DNA of 63,877 bases, the filler included, from Octopus bimaculoides (lineage: Eukaryota): NCBI RefSeq assembly GCF_001194135.2. It is 6 parts of 6 records of this genome, joined end to end, with 100 filler letters (N's around TTAATTAATTAA, not from the genome) between each part and the next. Parts side by side here need not be neighbours in the genome. Positions count along the whole stretch, not along the records: positions 13,377 to 24,767 come from NC_068982.1; positions 24,868 to 54,620 come from NC_068984.1; 4 more parts are not named here. One strand, written 5' to 3'. The notes below the pieces were generated by a model, which had not been told where the DNA came from, did not search any database, and saw nothing but the letters and a program-made list of their open reading frames with translations. The position numbers and the translations under genes are program-made. Positions 13,895-25,750 of this stretch are shown here, piece after piece; position 1 is the stretch's first letter, and each line of letters starts with the position of its first letter.

Positions 13895-14811
13895 ATCATC
13901 ATCATCATAGTTTAATGTCCGCTTTCCATGCTAGCATGGGTTGGATGATTTGACTGAGAACTGGTGAAACCAGATGGCTACACCAGGCTCCAATCTGATT
14001 TGGCAGAGTTTCTACAACTGGATGCCCTTCCTAACGCCAACGACTCCGAGAGTGTAGTAGGTGCTTTTACGTGCCACCGGCACGAAAGCCAGTCAGGCGG
14101 TACTGGCAACGGCCACGCTCAAAATGGTGTATTGTATGTGCCACCCGCACAAGAGCCAGTCCAGGGGCACTAGCAACGATCTCACTCGAAAGTCCTTGCA
14201 CGTGTCACGGGCACAAGTGCCAGAAAGGTGACGCTGGGCACAGGTGCCATCCCGATTTCGCTTTCGCTTGCTCCAATAAGTCTTCGCAAGCTGAGTTTCA
14301 TGTCCAATGAAGGAGACGACGTTGGCATGGGTGCCTGTCGTCGAATTTAGTTCTGTTTCGATTTCACTTGCCTCAACAGGTCTTCGCAAGCGGAGTTTAG
14401 TGTCCAATGAAGGAACGGTATACATAAGTGGGCTGGCTACACCCCTGGCAGAGACCTTGGATTTAGGTCTCACTTGGCTTGTCTCACAGCATATTTCCAA
14501 AGGTCTGGGTCAGAAGTCATCGCCTCGGTGAGGTCCAATGTTCGAAGGTCTTACCTCACCACCATTTGTCACTAGCAGAGGTAAGAGTTCTCTGAACTTT
14601 GCCCAGGCTGTTCTTATTTTAGCAGCAACACTTTCAGCGCATCCTCCCCCGCTACTAACTTGGTCACCTAGATAATGGAAGCTATCAACTACTTCTAGTT
14701 TTTCTTCCTGGAATGTAGAAGTTGTTTTCTGCATATGTTCAGTGTTTATTGCTCCTGAACATCTGCCACATACAAATACTATCTTCCTAGTTAGCCTTCC
14801 TTTGATATTGC
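13895..14811 (-). mobile_element. RTE-clade LINE, 5'-truncated and internally deleted, with 3' UTR and (GAT)n tail
   Basis: Translation gives VCGRCSG...LEVVDSFHYLGDQVSSGGGCAESVAAKIRTAWAKFRELLPLLVT (post-RT RTE motif) fused to DLRTLDLTEAMTSDPDLWKYAVRQAK*. The 3' UTR ends CATGCTAGCATGGAAAGCGGACATTAAAC plus GAT repeats. Confidence 0.85.
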
Positions 14812-15118
14812 TGGCACTCTGCTGGTTATGACAACAAGGGTTCCAGTTGATCCGATCAGTAGAACAGCCTGCTTATGAAATTAACGTGCAAGTGGCTGAG
14901 TGTTCCACAGACATATGTACCTTTAATGTATTTCTCAGGGAGATTGAACATGATATCAAGTGTGACAAGGCTGGCCCTTTGGAATACAAGTACAACTCAT
15001 TTTTCCCAGCCGAGTGAACTGGAGCAATGCGAAATAGTGTCTTGCTCAAGGACATGATGTGTTGCTGGGCATTAAACTCATGACCTTATGATTGTGAGCC
15101 AAATACCCTAACCACCTT
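14812..15118 (-). mobile_element. tRNA-headed SINE, family M (GTCCTTGAGCAAGACAC...TTGCTCCAGT core)
   Basis: Reverse complement matches the copy at 29837-30212 over about 280 bp. Confidence 0.85.
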
Positions 15119-15180
15119 CACATACACACATGTATGCACACATTCAAACGCATCATACATATATATATATGTTTACACAC

Positions 15181-15236
<56 letters not shown>

Positions 15237-15594
15237 TAGTCTAGGAAAGTGTGTATACACTTGCAGAAAACAAAAAATACACAGATGTGTACATATGAAT
15301 GAGTATTTCATTTAACAATATGCTAGAGTACATTATAACTTACAGTTCTCTCTGTATGAGCACACAATTTTGGAATTACCTTTTTGGTTCTAAACCCCAT
15401 ATTCACGGTAATTTCTTTTGTTAGAATTTGCATCAAAAAAGAACCTGCATTCATATATGTAGATGACACATGACAGAAAGGAAATCAAAATCTTTTATAA
15501 AAATGTAGTCATTTAACTGTAATATAAAGCTGAAAAGGAAAAGTTAGTATTTTAAAAAAAAGAAATCTCCATCAGCCTTAATAATTGTTTTTAC

Positions 15595-16022
15595 TATAAG
15601 CACAAGGCCAGCAGTTTTAGTGGGAAGACGTATGTCAATTATATCGACCCCCATTGCTGGTATTTCATTTTGTCATCCCCGAAAGGATGAAAGGTAAAGT
15701 TGACCTTGGCAGAATTTGATCTCAGGGTGTAAAGCTGAAGGAAATAGTGCTAAGCATTTTGTCATGCCTGCTCATTGCCTTTTAAAAATAATACTTTCTT
15801 CTTCAATAGGTACAAGGCCTGAAAGTGTAAAGGAAGGGGTTATTTGATTATCTGAATCCCAGTGCTCAACTGGTATTTATTTTATCCCCCCCCACCCCCC
15901 AAAGGATGAAAAGTAAATTTAACCTTGGTAGAATTTGAACTTACTACATAAAGAGCTGGAAGAAATGCCACTAAGCATTTTGTCTGGTGTAGTAATGATT
16001 GTCAGCTCATCACCTCGCTCAT
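15595..16022 (-). mobile_element. Two tandem SINE family B copies
   Basis: Each carries the reverse complement of the family B core (GAAAGGATGAAAGG...AAAGTTGACC...GAATTTGA). Confidence 0.8.
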
Positions 16023-16399
16023 CTGCATTAATAATAATTAATCTTAGCAAATTTATCAGTCAATATAATGAATGAACATAATTCTTGATGTGTTTCATTG
16101 AGAAAGAAAATTAAAGTGAATGTATCACAATAATCCTCTACTCATGTAAAGCATATTAGCTACAAGTCAACGACCTCAAGTCCAGCATATTACTGATTTT
16201 CACACACACACACATACACAGATACACATATATGAGACGTTGAGTGAGTTTCAATTAAGTTAAGCTTAACTTTTTTGATACTAACGCATCAGAAGCTATC
16301 TCTTTTTCTATGACGAGAAACTTAGCTAAAGTAATCATATTTACATACGGCCATCTTCTTTGCCCACTACTCCTGGGAGTGTCATGGGAGTAGAATACT

Positions 16400-16760
16400 C
16401 AAGCACCTCCTAAAGATTTTCCAGCTGGATCCTCAAGCTCGACTAACTGAGATTATGGATATTATCCAGCCATTTTATTCTTGGCCTACCCCTTGGTCTC
16501 CTGCTGATTGGTTTGGCTTAAAGAAACTGTCTTGTCATTCTTTCCTGTGATATTCTAATCACATGCCTGTAATATCGGAGCTGTGATTCTTGATGCACAG
16601 GAGTAGTGGCTCAACCTGGAGAGATTCCCTGCTCTCTGTACTGTGCATTCTGTTGAGTAACATTACTCCAAAGAACCCCATTTCATTTGCTTATTTTTCT
16701 GATCTTCAATTCATCATGAATGCTAGCTACATTAAATTCTTCCATAGTAATTTCATACAC
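16400..16760 (-). mobile_element. RTE LINE ORF C-terminal remnant (second RTE family)
   Basis: Minus-strand translation gives EMGFFGVMLLNRMHSTESRESLQVEPLLLCI and SQLRYYRHVIRISQERMTRQFL*AKPISRRPRGRPRIKWLDNI. This contains the RTE hallmarks LRWxGHV and RPRGRPR. Confidence 0.75.
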
Positions 16761-16888
16761 AAAATTTTTGATGCTTCAAGCACCAGTTTAATAACGAAAA
16801 GATTGGCTATTGTATTAAGCATCTTTAAATTCTTGCTTATTTTCAAAATTGAATTGAATTGTCTGAGCAGTTTATATTTTGTTATGTA

Positions 16889-17172
16889 AAGGCACATGGC
16901 TCAGTGGTTAGTATGTCAATTCTGTGTGTTGTGTTCTTGAGCAAGACACTTTATTTCATAATGCTCCAGTTCACTTAGCTGTAGAAATGAGTTGCCAAGC
17001 TGTATTGACCTTTGCCTTTCCTTTGGATAACATTAGTGGTGCGGAGAGGGGAGACTGGTATGTTTAGGCAACTACTGGTCTTCCATAAACAACCTTGCCC
17101 AGACTTGTGCCTTAGAGGGTAATTTTCTAGGTACAATCTCATGGTAATTTTTGTCCGAAGGGGTTCTTTATA
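16889..17172 (+). mobile_element. SINE, family M-type head and core with a different tail
   Basis: AAGGCACATGGCTCAGTGGTTAG head and GTGTTCTTGAGCAAGACACTTTATTTCATAATGCTCCAGTTCACT core. Confidence 0.7.
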
Positions 17173-17267
17173 TATCTTGTTAAAATATGGTTGGGAAAGT
17201 TTAAAAATTCTTGAGCTATTAACTTTTTAAGTATTGTGCAAATAATACAAGAGGGTTTAGGTACTAA

Positions 17268-19440
17268 TCATTTCTCACATAAGCACAAGGCTAGTAATTT
17301 GTGGGGAGAGGTTGGTAAGCTAAACTGACCAATCAAATGGTGTATTTGACAGGTGCTTTTATTGATCTGAGTGGGATGAAAGGCAATGTTGACCTCAACA
17401 AGCTTTGGACTTTGAACAAGTTTGTTAATAATGGTTTCAAATCTTGGCACTAGGCCAGAAATTTTAGGGGAGGGGTAAGTCAATTATACTGACNNNNNNN
17501 NNNCCGTATTTATTTTATTGGCCTAAAAAGGATGGAAGACAAACTCAACCACTACGTCATTTGAATTCAGAACACAAAGTCAGAAAAATGCTGTTGAGTA
17601 TTTTGTTTTGTATGTTATAGATTCTGCCAGCTCACCATCTTGCTTGTTAATAATGAGAATAAAGCATTGCTGAAAGAAAAAAAAAAACAATGAAACTTGT
17701 AGACTTAGGAACAATATACTTTACAAGTTTTATCTATATGTGTTTTATTACATCAAAAGACAGCAATTAGCACTACCAAAGTCAAGGAACATATTTTATT
17801 GTGTCTCGTGGGGGTCATTATGTCAAAATTAACAACAGATGCACAGGTTCAATTCCACTTCTTTATTGTTAGTCAGTTGGTTAAATATCTAACTAATCGA
17901 TTGTTTGTTTAACGAGCAGGTTAAACAATCAATTGATTGTTTGTCAACATCCTTTTGTTATCCGTGGCCTCATCAAGGACATGCTACACATGAAGACAAT
18001 GTGATGGATGGTTTCAGGCTATTTTTTGCACACTCAACATGTTGCAGTGCTGCCATTCTTTAAGATGTTGTCCTGATAGCACCTTATGGGTAGGCATTGA
18101 TTCTAGGCCACAAGATAAACTCTTCTGTCTCTGATTTTAAGCCAGCAGATGCTGGCCACTGATGAGTAAGAGTTTTGTCAACTTATTATTATCATTACTA
18201 TTATTATTAGTAAGGTAGCAAGCTGAGAGAATGCTTAGTGACATTTCCTCCATTTTTATGTTCTCAGTTCAAATTCGTCGAAGTTTGACTTTGCTTGTCA
18301 TCCTTTTAGGATTGATAAAATAAGAAGCACCAGGGTTGGTATAATTGACTAGTCCTTTCCTCGCAAAATTCCAGGCCTTATGCCTATTGTAGAAAGGATT
18401 ATTACTAGTAGTAGTAGTTGTAGTATTTAGCATTGAGGTGCATGGCCTAGTGGTTAGGGTGTTGCACTCATGATCACATCATTGTTTCAATTCCTAGACT
18501 GGGTGATGCACTGTATTCTTGAGCAAACCATTTCACTTCACATTGTACTGCCTACTCATCGACACTTGACATGTGGTACACTGTGCTCCTATTCAGGCAA
18601 CGTCAATTTGGTGGAGAGAGTGAGCTAATGTATAGCTTGAATGTCTGATCACTACAAACAAATCACTTGCAATCATTTGGCAAAAGCTGAACACAGACAT
18701 CTTTGACGGGAGAGCCTGTCATTTAGATTTGAGTAAGTAATGATCAAGTAGACTAATGATTAAAGGTGTTCCAGTTATAACTGTCTTGTCTTTTAATTAG
18801 TGTATATTGGACTATATTATCAATTGTACACTGTATTTTTTTTACTTTTGAAGACATTATGATTTGAAGATATGGCTTCAGTGCTGTTCATATCAGATCA
18901 AGTGGTTACATAGAGGCTTGCTCATTGGTTCTGTTTTACCGTTGGCATTGAGACTTATATCAAAAGATTATGACCTTTATAGAAAGCCTTGGTCATAGTT
19001 TTTCCTGCTATGACTGATTGAGAATTTCTTACACAGCTGCAAGACCACAAAATTGAGTGAAGCATATATAATTGACAGAACTGACTTCAGTACTTGACAA
19101 GTATTTATTTATTGACATAGAATATACTAACTCTGCAAAATTTGAACTTACTGTGTAAAAGAACCTTATAAAATATCTCAAGATATTTTGCCCATAATAC
19201 TACCAAGTTTGCCAGTTATAACTCTTTACTGATTAATTGTTTTTAGCATAGGCATAACCTTGAGGGGAAGGGATTAGTTGGTACCATCAACTCAGTACTT
19301 GACAAGTACTTTATTTTATTGACTCTAAAAAGATGAAAGGCGAAGTCGACATTGGCAGGATTTGAACTTGGAATCTAAAGAGCCAGAAGAAATGAGGCAA
19401 AACATTTTGCCTGAAGCTCTAATGATTCTACCATCTCACC
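17268..19440. mobile_element. Cluster of about 5 diverged SINE B copies plus one M-type SINE (18435-18720)
   Basis: Family B cores at about 17270-17410 (-), 17430-17645 (-), 18211-18400 (+), 19020-19200 (-) and 19240-19440 (-). Confidence 0.7.
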
Positions 19441-19498
19441 AATTAATAAATGTTAAAATCTGATTTCCCTGCTCCTTCTTTCTCTTGTTCCCAAACAG

Positions 19499-19549
19499 AT
19501 TTATATCTGAATCCTTCATCAAACTGAAGGACAGATTGCCAAATTTGAG
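19499..19549 (+). CDS. Candidate 51-nt internal exon (phase 2-2), FISESFIKLKDRLPNL
   Basis: Strong polypyrimidine tract TTTCCCTGCTCCTTCTTTCTCTTGTTCCCAAACAG and donor AG|GTGAAC. One frame is open and the sequence is not repeat-derived. No protein recognised. Confidence 0.3.
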
Positions 19550-20029
19550 GTGAACAAGTGCATCAAGAATCAGATATAATTTGAAATAGACATAACCAGT
19601 CCCTCCAGTTTGGATATATTTATGATCATTCAGTGTTAAGTATGTTTTGGTATATTTCCAATTGAATAGATTCATTATTGCACATTTTTAGGTATACTTC
19701 TAAAACTGAAAGTTATAATTAGGAGTTTGTATTTACTGTAACATGTTTACTGTAACATATGATTTAGGTTAATATGATTGTATATGTTTGCTATTAAACA
19801 TATTTACCTGAACATATGATTATGTATTTCATACTGACATATGTTTAGATAAGCATGATTATATATATTTATTGTTATATATATTTAGGAATGTTTTAGA
19901 TTAAGTGACTGAGGCTTCTGCTGGTTTGGTTTGCTTGAGAAGACATGTCAAAGCTAAGTAAAATCATGGCTGTCCTTGCAAACGAGTATATTCCTTACAT
20001 CCCTCTTCAACTGAGCAATACAAATCTTG

Positions 20030-20280
20030 CAGGCTTGTGGGTGCTGGTGTCACATAAAAAACATCCATGCTAGTGTTACATGAAAGCACTTGTGCCAGTG
20101 CTGCATAAAGGCACCCGGCATGCTCTGTAAAGATGTTGGCATTAAAAAGGGCATCTAACCATAGAAACCATACCAAAACAGATGTGAAGCCCAGGCAGCT
20201 CTTCAGCTGGCCAGCTAGTGTCAAACCATCCAACCCATGCCAGCATAGAAAAACGGACGTTAAATGATGATGATAATGAT
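20030..20280 (+). mobile_element. RTE 3'-end fragment (variant 3' UTR, (GAT)n tail)
   Basis: Ends CCAACCCATGCCAGCATAGAAAAACGGACGTTAAATGATGATGAT. Nearly the same variant lies at 30700-30940. Confidence 0.75.
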
Positions 20281-21320
20281 AGTTACATATGTTTATTGTT
20301 ATAGATACTTAGGTAAAAGTGGTTATATGTTTATAACATGTCTATGTATATGAATGATTGCATTTGTTTATTACAACTCATTTAGATATATTTATAAATT
20401 CGTATGTGACACCAACTAAACTATATTCATTATATGCAATATATATATATATATAATTTGTTATATGCAATAAATATATATGTAATGTCATATATTTGAA
20501 TTCAAAATAGATGAAAGATCTAAATTGTTTGATACGTCTGTCATATAAATTTTATATATTTTAAAATTTTTTAACTTTTTATTTTGTTTTGTTTCTTAAT
20601 TGACAAGGCTGGGATAAAAATGTGTTCTGCATTGATCAAACAAATATGCAACTTAGAGAGAGAGAGTGGAAGATATAGTTAATGGCTGCCTCGGGGACTG
20701 TCTTGCACACTTAGACAAAATGACTCTGTAATCTTATTTTCAACAATAATGATTTATAGAACAGATTGCTGGTGGTGAAGGTAGCAGGGTGTGTGATGTA
20801 TTCAATTGAATTTACTCTAGCATATTACTACTTTTTATTCTATCAACCACTCAGGAATGGAAATCAACTCTCATGGGATTTTTGAGCAAAAACGATGCTG
20901 ATGATAATTATAAATCCATATTATTTACTAGGCCATTAAAGAAAGATAGAAGGGAAGGATGAAAGAAGAAAAGAAGTAAGGAGAGGATGGAAATTTTTTT
21001 TTTTTTAATTATTTTAAATACTAATGCAGTGAGCTGGCTGAATCATTAGCATGCTGGACAAAACATTTTGTAGCATTTGTTCTGGCTTTATGTTCTAAGT
21101 TCAAATCCTGTCAAGGCTGACTTTGCTTTTCATTCTATTCTTTTGGGGTTGATAAAATAAGTAGCAGTCGAGCACTGGGGTCAATTTTCCCTCAAAATTG
21201 CTGGCCTGTCAAAAAGTAGAAAGAATTCTTTTTAACACTTGAAATAACTGAACTGTTTCTCCAGATATGTCCCCAAGAAGATTAAAAAAAACCAAAAGTC
21301 TTTAAATGAGCTGTCTAGAC

Positions 21321-21895
21321 CAGTGCTCTGCAACCGGTATGCCACAAGACAATGTTAGGTGTGCTGCAGTATAACTTGAATATAATTTTTCTCCCTACAG
21401 GCACAGGAGTGGCTCTGTGGTAAGTAGCTTGCTCACCAACCATATTGCTCTGGGTTCAGTCCCACTGCATGGCACCTTGGGTGAGTGAGTTCTACTATAG
21501 CCTCGGGCTGAACAAAAGCCTTGTAAGTCGATTTGGTAGATGGAAACTGGAAGAAGACTGATACTGTTATTGCAGATAGGGTAAATGTAGTTTCTTTGTT
21601 GTAGTGTAATTAATAATGTTCATGTTTAATTCTTCCTAGAATGAAGATTGAATGAATGTGGTGATATTTAAGGTACCTTTGTTCCCAAACAATGCTTGTT
21701 TTAGTGTTGTTAACACTGCTAGATTGAATGGTACTGCTCAGGTGTTGAAACTATAGTGATATCCTGGGTGGCAGCTGATGATGTCAGTCAAATGACTGAA
21801 ACAAGTAAAAGAATAAAAAAGAATTCTTTTAGTTGTGCTGCTGAATTTTGAAACGAATATAGGTACTGCAAGTGCAAAATGGTTGCAGAGCACTG
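21321..21895. mobile_element. hAT/Charlie-like non-autonomous element (contains a SINE A 5' half)
   Basis: Perfect 15-bp TIRs CAGTGCTCTGCAACC / GGTTGCAGAGCACTG, flanked by GTCTAGAC (21313-21320) and ATTTAGAC (21896-21903). Confidence 0.8.
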
Positions 21896-21928
21896 ATTTA
21901 GACCATGGGGTGGGGAAACGCCCCAGAT

Positions 21929-22487
21929 CTTTTTTAAAACGGGGGCCACATTTTTCATTAACGAAACACTTTGAGACTTGGAACACTGGTAGAATGTGTC
22001 ATATAAAACATCTTTTTCTCTTAGTCTTCTTAAAAAAAAACAGAAATCCCTAAGTTATTCCATGTTAAAGTTGTCGTATTTCTGTAATTTCAACCAATCA
22101 CTGACGTCCATTCAGCCGATATACATTAAGTGCCGACTACATAAACAAACGATTCTGAAACAATTCTAACGGTGATAGGGTTAGGGTTAGGGTAAAACAG
22201 CAAATTTAAAAAGAAAAANNNNNNNNNNTTTAAAATGAAAAAAGCAAATAAAACGAAGCTATGGCTTAATCAGCCAAAGGAGTAAATATGAACAACTGAA
22301 TACTTGTCAGTGATTGGTTGAAATTATCGAAATAAGACAATTTTTTACATGAAATAAATTCGAATACAAAAATATTTTTCTGTTCTATAACACAAAATAG
22401 ATAAGTATACGAAGTTTGAAAGTCTTTCGGTACCAAAAACACTAAGTAAAACATTAATGAAAAATGTGGTCCCCGTTTTAAAAAAGG
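21929..22487. mobile_element. MITE with about 33-bp TIRs
   Basis: CTTTTTTAAAACGGGGGCCACATTTTTCATTAA versus TTAATGAAAAATGTGGTCCCCGTTTTAAAAAAG (one mismatch). Confidence 0.75.
22055..22357. mobile_element. MITE with about 50-bp imperfect TIRs and internal (TTAGGG)n
   Basis: TTATTCCATG...AATTTCAACCAATCACTGAC versus GTCAGTGATTGGTTGAAATT...CATGAAATAA. TAGGGTTAGGGTTAGGG lies at 22176-22192. Confidence 0.75.
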
Positions 22488-22879
22488 TGCAATTGTGCCT
22501 GTGAGTCCATTTTATTGTGCCCGCAGGCTGGTATACTCGTATGTACAAAATATAGTAAATTTTTCAATTATAAAATTTATACAATATTTTTATGCCTAGT
22601 TGTAACATAGGTCGTGTTTCTACTACAACTAAAATAGGGTTAGACTTGGACAGAAAATCGTCTGGTAATTGCCATTTGAATGGATATTTTGTTTTCACTA
22701 CAAACCACATATTGCTAGGTTTGTACCACCCCTTGAGACCCAGCCACACTCTAGCTGAAAAATATAGAATACCTCATAGGTAATATAAACGTCTTAAATT
22801 CAGTGACAGTGTTAATGAATATGTTATATGTTAATTTAATGTCTTAAACTTATCTTTATTAATGTATATCGAATTATAC

Positions 22880-23250
22880 ATAGATAGCACCATTTGAGCG
22901 TGATCGTTACCAGCGTCGCCTTACTGGCACTTGTGCCGGTGGCACGTGAAAAAACATTCAAGCAGGGTTGTTGCCAGTGCCACTGGACTGGCTTCTGTGC
23001 AGGTGACACATAAAATACACCATTTTGAGCGTGGCCATTGCTGATACCGCCCAACTTGCCATCGTGCCAGTGGCACATAAAAAGCGCCCACTACACTCTC
23101 GGAGTGGTTCGCATTAAGAAGGGTATCCAGCTGTAGAAACTCTGCCAAATCAGATTGGAGCTTGGTGTAGCCACCTGGTTCGCCAATCCTCAGTCAAATC
23201 GTCCAACCCATGCTAGCATGGAAGGCGGACGTTAAACGATGATGATGATA
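22880..23250 (+). mobile_element. RTE 3' UTR fragment with tandem hairpin units
   Basis: Reverse complement of 13895-14250; ends GTTAAACGATGATGATGAT. Confidence 0.85.
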
Positions 23251-23489
23251 TACAAGATTTACACAGACATAAGAGTTAGAACTTGTGATCCACCTGCAGA
23301 CCTCTTTTTTGGGGGGAAATTTTTGCTCACCGCACTAAAAAGTTTCCCAACCCCTGGTCTAGACCAGTGGCCATTCCTCCTTTAACTCACACCAACTACA
23401 TTCACATTCACCCCGTCTTTATAGAAGCTTTAGCAGAGAAACAAACCATTATTAGACTTAGCTGACTCTTAAAGTTTAAAGTATGTGAA

Positions 23490-24720
23490 TGTGGTTGTGT
23501 GGTAAGAAGCTTGCATTGCAACCATGTGATTTCAGATTGAGTCTCACTGTGTGGCACCTTGGGCAAATGTCTTCTACTATAGCCTCGAGCTTGCCAAAGC
23601 CTTATGAGTGGATCTGGTAGATAGAAATTGAAAGAAGCCCATATTATATAAATGTGTGTGTATATNNNNNNNNNNNNNNNNNNNNNNNNNNNNNNNNNNN
23701 NNNNNNNNNNNNNNNNNNNNNNNNNNNNNNNNNNNNNNNNNNNNNNNNNNNNNNNNNNNNNNNNNNNNNNNNNNNNNNNNNNNNNNNNNNNNNNNNNNNN
23801 NNNNNNNNNNNNNNNNNNNNNNNNNNNNNNNNNNNNNNNNNNNNNNNNNNNNNNNNNNNNNNNNNNNNNNNNNNNNNNNNNNNNNNNNNNTATATATAAA
23901 AGTATATATGTGTGTGTATGTCCTTATGTCTGTGTTTGTTCCCCCATCTGGTGTTGGTGTGTTTACATCCCTGTAACTTAAGTTTGGTAAAAGATATCAA
24001 TAGAATAAGTATTAGGCTTAAAAAATAAGTTCTGGGGTTCATTTCTTCAACTGAAACCCTTCAAAGTGATGTTCTAGTATGGCCACACTCAAATAACTGA
24101 AACGATTAAAGGATTAGAAGAATAAAAGAATTTGGTCATAAACCTTGCCCCTTTCTCAACTTAGATGAGAGCTTAACAGAAGAAAGTGCTTGTACTCAGG
24201 CCTTTCAATCATATTCAACATACAGTCTCTTTGATCAACATCTGCTAGTCAGAGGAAAACTGCCTGTCTTTCTCCACCAAAAGGAAGGTGGTAGTGGGAT
24301 TCTCATGACAGACTCTGTAGCCAGTGTCTGGATTTGTCCTTCATGTGAGAACAGATGTCTAACTAAAAATGCAATGCTTGGACCCTAAATATGTGCATGC
24401 AGAAAGGTTTTGTCATGCTGCACACATTGTACACATGTTTGGCAGGCAGCAGTTCTGTGACAGAGAATTTGTTTTCAATTGACTGTGCCTCATCATTCAT
24501 AGAACTGTCAGAACTATAATTTCTGCTGATTCTTGTCAGTGCTCAGAATTTTCCTCAGAAATGTAGGCTCACACATGATTGTATTGTAAGACATTTACTT
24601 CCCAACTACATGGTTCCAGGTTCAGTTATGACACCTTAGAAGTCTACTATAGGCCCAGGCTCACCAGAGCTTTGTGCATAGACTTGGTAGATGGAAACTA
24701 AAAAACGCACATTGTGTGAG
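23490..24720 (+). mobile_element. Two diverged SINE A copies (about 23490-24130 across a gap; 24570-24720, 5' half)
   Basis: CTTGGGCAAATGTCTTCTACTATAGCCTC and downstream family A motifs. Confidence 0.75.
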
Positions 24721-25015
24721 TGCTTATATGTATATATGTATGTATATATATATATATATATATATATNNNNNNNNNNNNNNNNNNNNNNNNNNNNNNNNN
24801 NNNNNNNNNNNTTAATTAATTAANNNNNNNNNNNNNNNNNNNNNNNNNNNNNNNNNNNNNNNNNNNNCATGATTATTATCATGATCATCATGATTACCAC
24901 CACCACCACCACCACCACCACCACCACCACCATTATCTCTCCCTCACTATGATTATCATTTCTGTCAGTTTATATCTACTGTCCTATCACCATTGGCTGT
25001 TTGACTGTCTTAGTT

Positions 25016-25062
<47 letters not shown>

Positions 25063-25385
25063 TCCTTGTAATTTGTATATGGCAAATGTATGTTTGTGTG
25101 TGTGTATATACATGCTTATCTGTATATGAATATAATGCATACATATATAGATACCCTCACGTCCTACATACGTATTTGTATCCCATCTGCTAGACAGCTC
25201 ATGTCTATGGTAGTTCAGTTTGGGTTTGGTTCTTGTCCCAGGGGATTTGAGCAGTTTTTTAATGAATATATTCATGAATACACTTGTATATGTATCTATG
25301 TGTGTGTGTGTATGTATGTATGTTTGTATGCATGTGTGCACTTGTATGAATGTATGTGCATATGTATGTGTGCATGTATATATAG

Positions 25386-25456
<71 letters not shown>

Positions 25457-25706
25457 CATACGTGCATCTGCACATACATGCATGTGTATTTGTATGTTTA
25501 TATATGTGTATGTTTTTTTCCTTTCATACTTACAATGTGACAGGGCCTCTTTGAGTTGGGACAGTTCCAGGAATTTGTGAAGATGTGAGTTAGGGCTTAC
25601 ATATGCATTGATGTATGTGTAGAAATATTTGTATAATGTATTTCCACATCACTTTATTACATGTGTGTGTATACTTACTTTTTATGGACATGTGTGTATA
25701 CTGTAT

Positions 25707-25750
<44 letters not shown>

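Larger units (their letters stand above)
21904..23356. mobile_element. Second hAT/Charlie-like element with nested insertions
   Basis: Ends CATGGGGTGGGGAAAC ... GTTTCCCAACCCCTG, flanked by ATTTAGAC and GTCTAGAC (23357-23364). Confidence 0.7.

Noticed and set aside
24250-24400. C2H2-like peptide VWICPSCENRCLTKNAMLG
   Set aside because: It is short, bounded by stops and lacks the His pair. At best it is an old RTE C-terminal remnant and cannot be supported.
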